DNA of 50,860 nucleotides, from the NCBI GenBank assembly GCA_049970495.1, contig JBMFMV010000006.1, positions 1-50,860 on the forward strand, given 5' to 3'. The notes beneath the pieces are model-generated. The model was not told where the DNA came from. It did not search any database and saw only the letters and a list, made by a program, of their open reading frames with translations. The DNA comes from a bacterium. Lineage in GTDB: Bacteria; DUMJ01. The position numbers were made by a program, and so were the translations under genes. Positions 1 through 10,748 of this stretch are shown here, piece after piece (the stretch's first letter is position 1; each line of letters begins with the position of its first letter).

Positions 1-369
1 TCTAGCTATATAGGTTATGCTAGTCTGATATATGTCTTTAAAAGATATCTGGTAATAGTTTACACCTCTAGTAGAGGCAAAACCTCTTACCTTCTCTTTA
101 GAGATATCCGAATATTCGCCTATCCCTATGTCTATATGGAGCCCATCTACATTATAGCCTAGATCCAAAAGGATATCCCAAAGGGCAAGGCTATCTTTAC
201 CCCCAGAAACAGCAACTAGAATCCTTTCTTCCTCAGTAAACATTTTGTAATGTTCTATAGCTCTCTCTGTTTGTCTTTTTACATACTCTAGAAAATGCTC
301 CTCGCAGAATGCTGAGTTATGTCTTCTTATGTAAATAGAAGCAGGACTGTTGCACTTTATACACCGCAT
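1..369 (-). CDS. TtuA/TtcA-family tRNA 2-thiolation PP-loop ATPase (runs off the window edge; not in the ORF track)
   Basis: Manual translation from ATG at 369: MRCIKCNSPASIYIRRHNSAFCEEHF...VAVSGGKDS. N-terminal CxxC/CxxH zinc finger and SGGKDS PP-loop; GGAGG RBS upstream. Confidence 0.85.
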   Translation of the reverse strand, partial: MRCIKCNSPASIYIRRHNSAFCEEHFLEYVKRQTERAIEHYKMFTEEERILVAVSGGKDSLALWDILLDLGYNVDGLHIDIGIGEYSDISKEKVRGFASTRGVNYYQISFKDIYQTSITYIAR

Positions 370-433
370 ATTCCTAATACCTCCGATTGATGTTATTTTT
401 ATTTAGTTGTATTATATTATACAGTATCATTAC

Positions 434-462
434 TTGTGTTGGATATTTTATCATGATATAAT
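434..462 (+). promoter_or_regulatory. sigma70-type promoter of the ileS operon
   Basis: TTGTGT(434-439)-17 nt-TATAAT(457-462) with extended -10 TG; AGGAGG RBS before ATG 490. Confidence 0.65.
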
Positions 463-489
463 TTTTGCAAGATTCTTAGGAGGCGAAGA

Positions 490-3261
490 ATGGATTATAG
501 TAAGACTTTAAACCTACCGAAAACAAACTTTGCTATGAAGGCTAATCTCCCCGAAAAAGAGAGGGAGATACAGAAATATTGGGATAAAATTGACCTATAC
601 AGGTTGATAAGGGGGAAGAGGGTAGGGAGAACTAAATTTATCTTGCATGATGGTCCACCTTATGCAAATGGGGACATACATCTAGGGCAGGCTTTGAATA
701 AGATAATGAAGGATGCTATTGTAAGATATCATACTATGCTAGGTGAAGATGCGCCTTATGTCCCAGGTTGGGATACCCATGGTCTTCCTACAGAACAACA
801 GGTAGCCAAGACTACTAAAAAAGATAGAAGATCCATAGATCCTCTAGAATGGAGAGGAGAATGCAAGAATTTTGCCCTTAAGTATATAAATAGGCAGAGA
901 GAGGAATTTAAGAGACTAGGTGTGCTAGGTGATTGGGATAATCCCTATGTGACCTTTGACCCTGCTTATGAGGCGTCTCAGATAAGGGTATTTAAAGAGC
1001 TAGTAAGAAGAAATCTTGTATATAGGGCATTAAAACCTGTTTATTGGTGTTATCACTGTGAAACATCTTTAGCAGAGGCTGAAATTGAATATAAAGAGGT
1101 TACTTCTCCGTCTATAATAGTCTCTTTCAAACTAATACCAGATGAAAAGATATTAGATATACTAAAAGAAGATTCTGTCTATATCCCCATATGGACAACA
1201 ACACCATGGACTCTTCCTGGAAATGCTGCGATAGCATTAAATCCGGGTGCAAAGTATCTTCTTATAGAAGAAGACCATAAGAGGTTTATTGTTGTGGAAG
1301 AGAGGCTTTCTGATATTAAAGAACTTGTAGGATGGAGAGATATTACTGTACTCGGAGAATTTCTTGGTAAGGATTTAGAGGGGTATAAAGCGTTGCATCC
1401 ATTTGAAGATAGAGAAGTTCCTCTCGTTTCAGGGGAACATGTGTCTACAGGAGAAGGAACTGGATTAGTCCATACAGCACCTGGTCACGGTCCGGAAGAC
1501 TATGAAGTAGGATTGAGATATAATCTGCCTGTTATTTCACCTGTTGATGAATTAGGTAGGTTTACTACAGAGACGCTTAATCTTAAAGGTATGAACGTAG
1601 AAGAAGCTAACAAGATTATCATATCCTATTTAGAGGAGACTGGCGCACTCTTGTATAAAGGTTCTATTAGCCATGATTATCCTCACTGCTGGAGATGTAG
1701 AAAACCTGTAATATTTAGGGCAACTGAGCAGTGGTTTATAGATGTAAATAGCTTTAGAGATATGGCATTAAAGAGTCTAGATAATGTCGAATGGATACCT
1801 CCCTGGAGTAAGAATAGAATGGTTGGTATGTTAGAAGTAAGGCCAGACTGGTGCATCTCCAGGCAGAGAATATGGGGAGTTCCTCTGCCTATATTCTACT
1901 GCAAAAATTGTAATTCTCCACTTTTAGATACAGAAGTAATTGAGTATGTAGCTAAGATATTTGAGAAGGAAGGGTCGGATGCATGGTTTAAGTATTCAAC
2001 AGAAGAGCTTCTCCCTGAAGGGGTATCATGCCCTAAGTGTGGTTCGAAAGATTTTGAAAAAGAAAAGGATATAATGGACGTTTGGTTTGATTCCGGTTCA
2101 AGTTTTGCTGGCGTTTTAAAGACACATAAGGATTTACTCTTTCCTGCGGATATGTACTTAGAAGGGAGTGACCAGCATAGAGGTTGGTTTCAAACCTCAC
2201 TACTTCTTTCTATAGCTACCGAAGGTATTCCTCCTTATCGTAAAGTCTTAACTCATGGCTTTGTTGTTGACGAAGCTGGGAAAAAGATGTCTAAGAGTTT
2301 GGGTAATGTTATAGACCCCCAAGAGATAGTAAATTCTTTGGGTGCAGATGTCTTAAGACTTTGGGTTGCCTCCTCTGATTTTCGCTCTGATATAAAGGTT
2401 TCAAAGAATATCCTTAATCAGATAGTAGATGCTTATAGGAAGATAAGGAATACTATAAGATTTATGCTTGGAAATCTATACGACTTTGATCCAGAGAAGG
2501 ATATGGTACCTATAGAGAAACTTGACATCTTAGATAAATGGGTCCTTTCAGAATGGAATGAACTGTTAGATAGAGTAAAGAAAGCCTACGATGAATATGA
2601 GTTTCATACAGTATTCCATAGTACGCACAGTTTCTGCGTAAACCAGTTAAGTTCTTTTTATCTGGATGTTATAAAAGATAGGCTATATGTTGACCTACCT
2701 TCTTATCTTAAAAGGAGGTCCTCGCAGACAGCTATTTATAATATTTTAAAGGGAATACTAAAGATATTAGCTCCTATAATGGTTCATACTACTGAAGAGG
2801 CTTGGCAACATCTACCAGGTAAAAAAGAGATTAGTATTCACTTAGAGGAATGGCCAGAGAGATATTCAGTTTCTCTTAGTTCAGAGGAAGAGAAGATGTG
2901 GGACTGTTTCTTTATATTAAGAGACGAGGTAAATAAAAAGTTAGATGAGGCAAGACAGAATAAGACTATAGGAAATAGTCTCGAGGCTAAGCTTAAGTTA
3001 GTAATTCCTTCTAACATGTATCCTTATATATCTAAATTAGACGGTCGTTTAAGTGAACTCCTCTTGGTGTCTGAAGTGGATGTCCTTTCTAAAGATGATA
3101 CTAGTTCTATAGATGTAGAGATTATTCCTCTTGAATATAACAAGTGTCAACGTTGTTGGATGTATACCCCTGATGTTGGAAAAGATGAAAAATATCCTGA
3201 TCTATGTAAGAGATGTATCTCTGTTATAGAGAATATTACTGGTGAGGGTGAAGATAGATGA
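490..3261 (+). CDS. ileS: Isoleucine--tRNA ligase (type 1)
   Basis: LHDGPPYANGDIHLGQ (HIGH-like), WTTTPWTLP editing motif, GTGLVH, WCISRQR, KMSKS, C-terminal CxxC..CxxC zinc finger. Confidence 0.98.
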   Translation: MDYSKTLNLPKTNFAMKANLPEKEREIQKYWDKIDLYRLIRGKRVGRTKFILHDGPPYANGDIHLGQALNKIMKDAIVRYHTMLGEDAPYVPGWDTHGLPTEQQVAKTTKKDRRSIDPLEWRGECKNFALKYINRQREEFKRLGVLGDWDNPYVTFDPAYEASQIRVFKELVRRNLVYRALKPVYWCYHCETSLAEAEIEYKEVTSPSIIVSFKLIPDEKILDILKEDSVYIPIWTTTPWTLPGNAAIALNPGAKYLLIEEDHKRFIVVEERLSDIKELVGWRDITVLGEFLGKDLEGYKALHPFEDREVPLVSGEHVSTGEGTGLVHTAPGHGPEDYEVGLRYNLPVISPVDELGRFTTETLNLKGMNVEEANKIIISYLEETGALLYKGSISHDYPHCWRCRKPVIFRATEQWFIDVNSFRDMALKSLDNVEWIPPWSKNRMVGMLEVRPDWCISRQRIWGVPLPIFYCKNCNSPLLDTEVIEYVAKIFEKEGSDAWFKYSTEELLPEGVSCPKCGSKDFEKEKDIMDVWFDSGSSFAGVLKTHKDLLFPADMYLEGSDQHRGWFQTSLLLSIATEGIPPYRKVLTHGFVVDEAGKKMSKSLGNVIDPQEIVNSLGADVLRLWVASSDFRSDIKVSKNILNQIVDAYRKIRNTIRFMLGNLYDFDPEKDMVPIEKLDILDKWVLSEWNELLDRVKKAYDEYEFHTVFHSTHSFCVNQLSSFYLDVIKDRLYVDLPSYLKRRSSQTAIYNILKGILKILAPIMVHTTEEAWQHLPGKKEISIHLEEWPERYSVSLSSEEEKMWDCFFILRDEVNKKLDEARQNKTIGNSLEAKLKLVIPSNMYPYISKLDGRLSELLLVSEVDVLSKDDTSSIDVEIIPLEYNKCQRCWMYTPDVGKDEKYPDLCKRCISVIENITGEGEDR

Positions 3262-3635
3262 ATATAGATGTTTCTTATTTCAGGGAAATACTATTGAAAA
3301 AAAAGAAGGAGATAGAACACACCTTAAAAAATATAAGGGAGCTCTCTGCTAGCAAAAGCGAGATAGAGCTAATAGGAGAACTTTCAAGTTCTGATGATCA
3401 TCTAGCAGAGTATGCTTCAATAGTATATGACCACGAGAATACACTAACTGTTGAGAATATACTAAGAGATATATTAAATCAGATAGAGTCGGCATTAAAA
3501 AGAATAGAGGATAGGACATACGGCATATGTGAGATATGTAAGAAGCCTATAGATGAAGAGAGACTAAAGGCTATACCCTATGCCACAATGTGTGTAAGGT
3601 GTAAGTCTATAAAAGAGAGAAGTGTCAAGAAATAG
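3258..3635 (+). CDS. TraR/DksA C4 zinc-finger protein (YteA-like)
   Basis: Coiled coil followed by YGICEIC...RLKAIPYATMCVRC. Confidence 0.9.
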   Translation: MNIDVSYFREILLKKKKEIEHTLKNIRELSASKSEIELIGELSSSDDHLAEYASIVYDHENTLTVENILRDILNQIESALKRIEDRTYGICEICKKPIDEERLKAIPYATMCVRCKSIKERSVKK

Positions 3636-4050
3636 TTCTGGCATCATTACAGGAATAGCTATACTGGCATTTGATAGGGTCCTTAAGAAGTTATCTGCCT
3701 TGTATTTATCTTCTAGTGACTTAGTCTTTGGTGGCGGGTTGTTAAGGTTGACATATATTAAAAACCCTGGTGCGGCTTTTGGCTTTCTCCCTTCTCAGAG
3801 GGGGCTTATTATTTTTGTGTCTATCTTAGCACTTATATTTGTAATTAGGCTTTTTAGAAGGGTCGGTTACAAAAATTCGTATTTTGCGAATGGATTTTGG
3901 ATTTTGATAGCTGGTATACTAGGAAATCTTATAGATCGAATATTCTTAGGTTATGTTGTTGACTATATCCAGATATTAAATTCTCCTATATTTAATATCT
4001 CAGATATATCTATACTTATTGGTATGACAGTAATCTTATTTTTCTCTTAG
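3622..4050 (+). CDS. lspA: Lipoprotein signal peptidase II
   Basis: NPGAAFG, GNLIDR, VVDYI, FNISD motifs; downstream of ileS. Confidence 0.93.
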   Translation: MSRNSSGIITGIAILAFDRVLKKLSALYLSSSDLVFGGGLLRLTYIKNPGAAFGFLPSQRGLIIFVSILALIFVIRLFRRVGYKNSYFANGFWILIAGILGNLIDRIFLGYVVDYIQILNSPIFNISDISILIGMTVILFFS

Positions 4051-4064
4051 AAAGGGAGGAGAAG

Positions 4065-4805
4065 ATGCATCCAATTCTTTTACAATTTGGGAATCTTACT
4101 GTAAGGTCCTGGGGACTAATGGTAATGTTAGGCATCATTGTAGGTGTTTTGTTGGCTATGAGAGAGGCCGAGAGAAAGGGATTAGATCCAGAAAATATAA
4201 TAGATCTTGTCATAGTCTTGATCGTTCTTGGAGTGGTTGGAGCAAGGGTGGTTTATGTATTGACTAATTTTAGTGAGTATAAAGATAATATTGGCCTTGC
4301 GTTTTCAATAAAGACAGGAGGGTTAGCTTGGCCTGGGGCATTTCTTTTCGCTCTTATTGGTACAATCCTATTTGTAAGATGGCGTAAGCTTTCATTTTGG
4401 TTAATAGCAGATATTCTCTCTCCATATGTAGCTCTAGGCTATGCTATTGGTAGAATAGGATGTTTTCTCAATGGCTGCTGTTTTGGAAAAATTACGGAAA
4501 AGGCTTGGTGGAGTGTCTATATGCTAGGAGCATATAGATATCCTACACAGATCTATTCTTCAATAGCCTCTTTTCTTATTTTTTTATTTCTTGTAACTAG
4601 GTCTTGGGATGATAAACCTGGAAAGAAATTTTTAATGTATATAATCCTTTACTGCATCTACAGATTTGTAGTGGAATTCTTTAGATATAACTCTAGATAT
4701 ATACTAGGATTAAGTGTAGCTCAATGGGGGATGCTAGGAACTATATTAGTAACAGCTGTGATTTTATATGGAAAGAGTATTGAGTGGAAAAGAAGGACGA
4801 CTTGA
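4065..4805 (+). CDS. lgt: Prolipoprotein diacylglyceryl transferase
   Basis: MHPILLQFG start, GAR, GRIGCFLNGCCFG, PTQIY, RFVVEFFR; multi-TM. Confidence 0.92.
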   Translation: MHPILLQFGNLTVRSWGLMVMLGIIVGVLLAMREAERKGLDPENIIDLVIVLIVLGVVGARVVYVLTNFSEYKDNIGLAFSIKTGGLAWPGAFLFALIGTILFVRWRKLSFWLIADILSPYVALGYAIGRIGCFLNGCCFGKITEKAWWSVYMLGAYRYPTQIYSSIASFLIFLFLVTRSWDDKPGKKFLMYIILYCIYRFVVEFFRYNSRYILGLSVAQWGMLGTILVTAVILYGKSIEWKRRTT

Positions 4806-5658
4806 TCTTGTTCTAAAAGAGTTATTCCCAGACCTATCAAGGGAGAAGGTCAAAGAGATAATAGAATCTGGAAAGGTATCTGTAGATGGTAAAACAGTTA
4901 CTAAACCAAGTTTTAGGGTTAAGGTGAACTCAACTATTAAAGTTGAAGAATTAGAGCCTTTTAGAGATATCCTTAAGCCTTATGACCTACATATAGACAT
5001 TCTCTATGAGGACGAAAGTATTATAGTGGTAGATAAGCCGGCAGGATTAGCTGTGCATCCTGCACCTAGTATAAAGGGCCCTACATTGGTTAATGCTCTT
5101 ATATCAAAGACAGAGCTAGCTCCGGTGAATAATGTTAGGCCAGGAATAGTTCATAGGTTAGATAAAGATACCTCTGGGCTGATGATGTTAGCAAAGACAT
5201 TTCAAAGTTATAATAATCTTGTTAAGCAGATGCAGGAGAGAAAGGTGCATAAAGAGTACATAGCAGTTGTACATGGAAAAGTTAAGTCTGGGAGTATATC
5301 TCTCCCTATAGGGAGGTCCCCTTCGGATAGGACAAAGATGAAGGTATTACCCTCAGGTAGAATGGCTATTACTCATTATGAGTCTCTAGAAGTTATTGGT
5401 GATTATTCTGTGGTGAGAGTTAGGATAGAAACTGGAAGGACACATCAGATAAGAGTTCATCTGGCTTATATAGGACATCCAGTAGTTGGAGACAAGGTAT
5501 ACGGTATAGAAGAAAAGGAGAAACTTATAAATAGACAGGCGCTACACTCTTCTAGATTATCCTTTCTCCATCCAATAACGGGAAAAGCTTTAGATTTCCA
5601 TTCTCCTCTTCCAAGGGATATGGAGCATCTAATAGAAGAGCTAAGGAGGCGAAGTTGA
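4768..5658 (+). CDS. rluD: RluA-family 23S rRNA pseudouridine synthase (RluD-like, S4 domain)
   Basis: RLD..SRE S4 domain, VDKPAG, HRLDKDTSG, GRTHQIRVH. Confidence 0.9.
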   Translation: MERVLSGKEGRLDLVLKELFPDLSREKVKEIIESGKVSVDGKTVTKPSFRVKVNSTIKVEELEPFRDILKPYDLHIDILYEDESIIVVDKPAGLAVHPAPSIKGPTLVNALISKTELAPVNNVRPGIVHRLDKDTSGLMMLAKTFQSYNNLVKQMQERKVHKEYIAVVHGKVKSGSISLPIGRSPSDRTKMKVLPSGRMAITHYESLEVIGDYSVVRVRIETGRTHQIRVHLAYIGHPVVGDKVYGIEEKEKLINRQALHSSRLSFLHPITGKALDFHSPLPRDMEHLIEELRRRS

Positions 5659-6452
5659 ATAGGCTTATTGCAGTTTGCGTCTTAGTGGGAATAATACATA
5701 TGACAGACACCTTATCTCTATCTGTAAGATGGGTAGGTATAAAGGTTGGTAGAGTGGTTACAGCTGCAAGCCTGTTTAATATACTTGTCCTTATATCTAG
5801 GACTGCTAATTTATTACAGGCTCCTATGGTTGGTAAGATGGTTGATCTGGCTATAAGGAATCATGAGACATTACCTTTGCTGATCAATTTTAGGCTTATA
5901 ATACTTTCAAGTACATTTGGGACTGTAGCAGGGATACTACTTATGCCAACATTCATAAATGTCTTCGGCAAGCTTATCTTGCTCTTTGAAAGAGAAGGCT
6001 CTATCTTAAAACTATTTTTTAGAATACTTAGACCAAAAAGTTTTGTAAACTCTTTCAATGATTTTGTTGTCCCTAGTAAAGAGACCGTTGGGAAAAATAT
6101 CTTTGAGAATATTCCAAAGAAGTTCTTCTTTTTTCAGCTCTTTATAACTGGATTCTATACCATAGGTGTCTTAAGCGCACTATATGCAGGGGCTATAGTA
6201 CCACAGTATCGAGTTACAGCCAGTCAACTTTCTGGTATAATAAATGGTATAGCTACAGTATTATTTATGGTTTTTGTTGATCCATCTGTAGCAGTTATAA
6301 CAGATCAAGCCCTAAGACAGATAAGGCCACAGAAGGATGTGAGGAATATAGTTATAGTGTTGACTATAGCAAGACTTATGGGAACTATATTGGCTCAGTT
6401 GTTAATAGTCCCCTGTGCTTTTTTAGTTGCTAAGGTAGCTACTAAGATGTAA
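5655..6452 (+). CDS. amj: Lipid II flippase Amj family (DUF2837)
   Basis: SLFNILVLISRTAN..QAP, YTIGVLSALYAG, SGIINGIAT...DP..A.ITDQ motifs; membrane protein. Confidence 0.85.
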   Translation: MNRLIAVCVLVGIIHMTDTLSLSVRWVGIKVGRVVTAASLFNILVLISRTANLLQAPMVGKMVDLAIRNHETLPLLINFRLIILSSTFGTVAGILLMPTFINVFGKLILLFEREGSILKLFFRILRPKSFVNSFNDFVVPSKETVGKNIFENIPKKFFFFQLFITGFYTIGVLSALYAGAIVPQYRVTASQLSGIINGIATVLFMVFVDPSVAVITDQALRQIRPQKDVRNIVIVLTIARLMGTILAQLLIVPCAFLVAKVATKM

Positions 6453-6469
6453 AAAAAGGAGGCTGTGGA

Positions 6470-6763
6470 ATGCTTTCTATAGAAGAAGTCATTCATATAG
6501 AAAGATTGGCAAGATTGAAGCTTACAGATAAAGAGCGAGAGATGTATAGAAATCAGCTAAATGATGTATTGAATTATGCGGCCAAGTTAGACGAGATTGA
6601 TACCTCTAATGTTCCCCCAATGTACCATGTCTTACCAGTAAGTAACGTGTTAAGAGAAGATATACCTAGGGAGAATTTTTCTCAAAGAGAGGCGTTGAGT
6701 AATGCACCCCTCGAAGAGGGAGGATTTTTTGTCATACCTCCTATCTTAGGAGGTGAGGAATAA
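6470..6763 (+). CDS. gatC: Asp/Glu-tRNA amidotransferase subunit C
   Basis: LARL, LDEIDT, LRED, NAP..FF.IP motifs; precedes gatA. Confidence 0.95.
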   Translation: MLSIEEVIHIERLARLKLTDKEREMYRNQLNDVLNYAAKLDEIDTSNVPPMYHVLPVSNVLREDIPRENFSQREALSNAPLEEGGFFVIPPILGGEE

Positions 6764-6764
6764 A

Positions 6765-8210
6765 GTGGAGTTAGCAGATCTTACGGCTCATGAACTCTTA
6801 GAACTTATCTCAAAGAAGGAACTCTCTCCTCAAGAAGTCGTTAAAAGCTGTATAGATAGATTAGAAAGGTATGAATCTAAAATTAAAGCTTATCTATTTA
6901 TTAGAAATCCTGAAGAGGTTATTAATTCTGTAAAAGAAGATGCTCCATACTCGGCAATTCCTATAGCTATTAAGGACAATATACTAGTAAAAGGTCTCCC
7001 AAATACTTGTGCCTCCAAGATATTAGCAAATTTTATTGCCCCTTATAATGCCACTGTAATAGAGAGACTAAATAAAAGATCATTTAATATTATGGGTAAG
7101 ACCAACCTGGATGAGTTTGCTATGGGGTCTTCCACAGAAAATTCTGCTTTTGGTCCCACTAGAAATCCTTGGGACATAGAAAGGGTTCCTGGAGGTTCAA
7201 GTGGTGGTTCTGCTGCTAGCGTAGCTATAGGGTCGGCTATATGGGCTTTAGGTTCAGATACAGGGGGGTCTATCAGGCAGCCTGCCTCTTTTTGTGGGGT
7301 AGTTGGTTTGAAACCTACTTATGGTACTGTCTCTAGATATGGTTTAGTTGCATTTGCGTCATCTCTAGACCAGATAGGACCAATTACGAAAGATGTAACT
7401 GACTGCGCCTTATTGTATAGCTTTATAAATGGATATGACCCTAATGATTCTACCTCACTCAATATAAAGCCTTATATATATTCTCCACTTAAAGGAGACA
7501 TAAAAGGAATAAAGATAGGTCTAATTAGAGAACTTTTGGGAGAAGGGGTGGACCCTTTAGTAAAGAAGTGTATGGAAGATGTAGTAAAGACATTTGAAGA
7601 CTTAGGGGCTGTTGTTGAAGAGGTATCCCTCCCACATATAAGCTACTCAGTTCCTACATACTATATACTTGCTCCTGCAGAAGCCAGTTCTAATTTGGCT
7701 AGATTTGATGGAGTAAGGTATGGCTTTAGGGCTAGTGGAAAGACTGCAGAAGAGATGATGAGTAATACAAGAGGAGAAGGTTTCGGACCTGAAGTTAAGA
7801 GAAGAATAATGTTGGGTACATATGTCCTAAGTGCTGGATACTATGAAGCATTTTATCTAAAGGCTTTGAAATTTAGGAATTTAATAGCGAGTGATTTTAG
7901 AAAGGTATTTGAGAGATTTGATGTTCTTATCTCCCCCACATCTCCTATTTTACCTTTTAAATTAGGTGAAAAGGTAGAAAATCCTTTAGAGATGTATCTA
8001 GCAGATATCTGTACAATTCCTATAAATCTGGCTGGATTACCTGCAATATCTATCCCCTGCGGTTTTGTTGATAATTTACCTGTAGGCTTACAGATTATAG
8101 GTCCTGTATTCAGCGAGGCAAAGCTTTTTGAGGTGGCCTATGGTTTTGAGCAGGCTACACCCTTTCACAAGAAAAGACCTCAGTTAGGAGGGATAACCAG
8201 TGGAGTATGA
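6765..8210 (+). CDS. gatA: Asp/Glu-tRNA amidotransferase subunit A
   Basis: Amidase signature [24 protein letters not shown] at 6765 fits the AGGAGGTG RBS better than 6753. Confidence 0.97.
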   Translation: MELADLTAHELLELISKKELSPQEVVKSCIDRLERYESKIKAYLFIRNPEEVINSVKEDAPYSAIPIAIKDNILVKGLPNTCASKILANFIAPYNATVIERLNKRSFNIMGKTNLDEFAMGSSTENSAFGPTRNPWDIERVPGGSSGGSAASVAIGSAIWALGSDTGGSIRQPASFCGVVGLKPTYGTVSRYGLVAFASSLDQIGPITKDVTDCALLYSFINGYDPNDSTSLNIKPYIYSPLKGDIKGIKIGLIRELLGEGVDPLVKKCMEDVVKTFEDLGAVVEEVSLPHISYSVPTYYILAPAEASSNLARFDGVRYGFRASGKTAEEMMSNTRGEGFGPEVKRRIMLGTYVLSAGYYEAFYLKALKFRNLIASDFRKVFERFDVLISPTSPILPFKLGEKVENPLEMYLADICTIPINLAGLPAISIPCGFVDNLPVGLQIIGPVFSEAKLFEVAYGFEQATPFHKKRPQLGGITSGV

Positions 8211-9636
8211 GGTTAATATAGGGATAGAGATTCATGCAGAACTTTTGACTAAATCTAAAGTATTCTGTAGTTGTCCTGTTCAGTTTGGAGCCCCTCCTAA
8301 TACACTGACCTGTCCTGTATGTCTAGGCTTACCAGGAGCTTTACCAGTATTAAATAAAAAAGCGGTAGAGTATGCCATCCTTACTGCACTAGCCCTTAAT
8401 TGTAAGATAAACAGAAATGCTATATTCCATCGTAAGAACTACTTCTATCCAGACCTACCTAAGAATTATCAGATTTCTCAGTATGATACCCCCATAGGAA
8501 TACAGGGGTATTTAGAGATAGAGACATCCAATGGAAGGAAACGTATAAGGATAAGGAGAGTTCATCTCGAAGAGGATACAGGAAAGTTAATTCATAGCGG
8601 AGGCCGTATTACCGGTTCTGATATGTCTTTTGTTGACTTTAATAGGAGTGGTGTCCCTCTACTTGAAATTGTCTCAGAGCCAGATATATCTAGTCCTGAA
8701 GAGGCTAAGGAATACTTAATAAATGTGAGAGATATATTAATCTTCCTTGGTGTCTGTGATGGCAAGATGGAAGAAGGTAGTATGAGATGTGAAGCGAATG
8801 TTTCTATAAGAAAAAAGGGTTCAGATAAACTTGGTACCAAGACCGAATTAAAGAATATAAATTCATTTAGAGCGGTTGAAAGAGCCTTACAGTATGAGAT
8901 AGAAAGACAGGTAGAGCTAGTTTCTAGAGGTAAGGAAGTAATCCAAGAGACAAGGCATTGGGACGAGAAGAACGAGAAGACGGTTAGTATGAGGAGTAAA
9001 GAAGAAGCTCATGACTATAGATACTTTCCAGAGCCGGATCTTGTTCCTTTAGAAATAGATGATGCCTGGATAGAAAATCTAAGGTCTCAGATTCCTGAGC
9101 TTCCAGAAGAAAAGTATGAGAGGTATAAAAACTTGGGTTTAACTCCTTATGAAGCAAAACTTCTAGCTCATGACCTAGAATTGTCTGTATTCTTTGACAG
9201 GGCAATAAAACTCTACAATAACCCTAGAAATATAGCTAATTGGTTGTTAGTTGATGTTACTAAAGAGCTTAAAGATAGGAATAAAGCAATAACACAGACA
9301 CTACTTACCCCTGAAATTATGGCTGAACTCTTACTACTTATCGATGAAGGGAAGATAAGTGGAAGGATAGCAAAGGACATACTCCCAGAACTTATAGACA
9401 AAGGAGTCTCTCCAAAGAAAATAATAGAGGAGAAGAATCTCATACAGATTACAGATACTTCAGCTTTACTTTCAATTATAGATCAGGTACTGAAAGAAAA
9501 TGCAGGGGTAGTCGAAGAGTATAAAAGAGGTAAGGAAAAATCATTTATGTACCTCGTAGGACAAGTAATGAAATTGACTAAGGGTAAAGCCAATCCTAAA
9601 CTTGTAAATGAACTATTGAAAAAGGCGTTGGGGTAA
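8200..9636 (+). CDS. gatB: Asp/Glu-tRNA amidotransferase subunit B
   Basis: [37 protein letters not shown]-terminal YqeY-like domain. Confidence 0.98.
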   Translation: MEYEVNIGIEIHAELLTKSKVFCSCPVQFGAPPNTLTCPVCLGLPGALPVLNKKAVEYAILTALALNCKINRNAIFHRKNYFYPDLPKNYQISQYDTPIGIQGYLEIETSNGRKRIRIRRVHLEEDTGKLIHSGGRITGSDMSFVDFNRSGVPLLEIVSEPDISSPEEAKEYLINVRDILIFLGVCDGKMEEGSMRCEANVSIRKKGSDKLGTKTELKNINSFRAVERALQYEIERQVELVSRGKEVIQETRHWDEKNEKTVSMRSKEEAHDYRYFPEPDLVPLEIDDAWIENLRSQIPELPEEKYERYKNLGLTPYEAKLLAHDLELSVFFDRAIKLYNNPRNIANWLLVDVTKELKDRNKAITQTLLTPEIMAELLLLIDEGKISGRIAKDILPELIDKGVSPKKIIEEKNLIQITDTSALLSIIDQVLKENAGVVEEYKRGKEKSFMYLVGQVMKLTKGKANPKLVNELLKKALG

Positions 9637-9698
9637 AGATACTAATCGTCAGTAATGGATACTGTGAAGATGATATAGCATTAAGGTTAGCGTTTTCT

Positions 9699-10748
9699 TT
9701 GAGTACGTATTATCCGGCAAGAGATATAGTATTATTTCCCATGGTAGGAGAAGGAAATAGATTCAGGGGTTATGACTTTCCAGTTCTATCTAAAGGGTCT
9801 ATTCTCCCTAGTGGGGGTTTTGGATTTAGGGTTGGCTTATCACTCTTTAAAGAAGACATAAAGAGTGGATTATTTAGTGATTTAATACATATGTATAGGA
9901 CACTTAAAGAGATAAAGCCTGACATTGTAATATCTATAGGAGACCCATTTAACCTTATATTTACTTATTTAGGAACACATAAGAAGGTTTTCTTTGTATC
10001 TACTGATCAGGGCCACTCTGCCTGGGTGAATGGTTTTAGTAGTATAGAGTTAAGGCTTGTGAAAGAACTTTCCTCATGGATATTTCCAAGAGATAAAAAG
10101 ACAGAGGAGTTCTTAAGAGAAAGGGGCATAACTAGTGTCAGATATTTTGGAAATCCGCTTATGGATTGTGTAGAAGAGCCTAAGTTTTTTCTAGAAGAAG
10201 GTATCGCTCTTCTTCCAGGAACAAGAAGAGATTGTGGCAGTAATTTGTTATTCCTATTAGGTGTGGTCGAAAAGATAGATAAGCCTTTTAGATACTATGT
10301 TCCAATAAACTCTAATTCTGAACCGTTTATTCTTGAGGCATTGAGAGATAGAAATTACGAGCTATTAAACTGGGACTATGGATACAAGGTAGATGGTCCT
10401 GTCGAGATTTATATAGGTAAGGGCATCTTCTCAGAGATGGTCTCCTCTAGTAAACTAGTAATAGGTCTTTCTGGGAGTGGTAATGAGCAGTCTGCAGGTT
10501 TAGGTAAACCAGTTGTTAGTTTCTATATAGAAGGTATTCAGTTTAATAAAAAATTTATAATTGAACAGAAAAAGTTACTAGATGAAGCTCTTATCCTAAC
10601 TGATATAGAATCTGCTAGTGAGGTTATAAACAGTCTCCTTTCTAACCCCCAAGAACTACTAAAGAGAGGGGAGATAGGAAAGCTTAGAATGGGAGATAAA
10701 GGAGCTATACCTAAGATAGCAGAGTTTATTAGGGATTATTCAGGATGA
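9699..10748 (+). CDS. Lipid-A-disaccharide synthase (LpxB)-related GT-B protein, TIGR03492-like; true N-terminus probably about 25 codons upstream
   Basis: PMVGEG, LPSGGF, GNPLMD, ALLPGTR, GSGNEQ.AGLGKP motifs. Frame is open upstream to 9612 and encodes [12 protein letters not shown]. Confidence 0.75.
   Translation: MSTYYPARDIVLFPMVGEGNRFRGYDFPVLSKGSILPSGGFGFRVGLSLFKEDIKSGLFSDLIHMYRTLKEIKPDIVISIGDPFNLIFTYLGTHKKVFFVSTDQGHSAWVNGFSSIELRLVKELSSWIFPRDKKTEEFLRERGITSVRYFGNPLMDCVEEPKFFLEEGIALLPGTRRDCGSNLLFLLGVVEKIDKPFRYYVPINSNSEPFILEALRDRNYELLNWDYGYKVDGPVEIYIGKGIFSEMVSSSKLVIGLSGSGNEQSAGLGKPVVSFYIEGIQFNKKFIIEQKKLLDEALILTDIESASEVINSLLSNPQELLKRGEIGKLRMGDKGAIPKIAEFIRDYSG

Noticed and set aside
370..489. 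T-box riboswitch ahead of ileS
   Set aside because: The gap is only 120 bp, holds divergent promoters, and has no T-box motif or terminator.
676..690. HLGQ variant of the IleRS HIGH motif as a mupirocin-resistance sign
   Set aside because: The enzyme is type 1 and the fourth position varies naturally; nothing here supports resistance.
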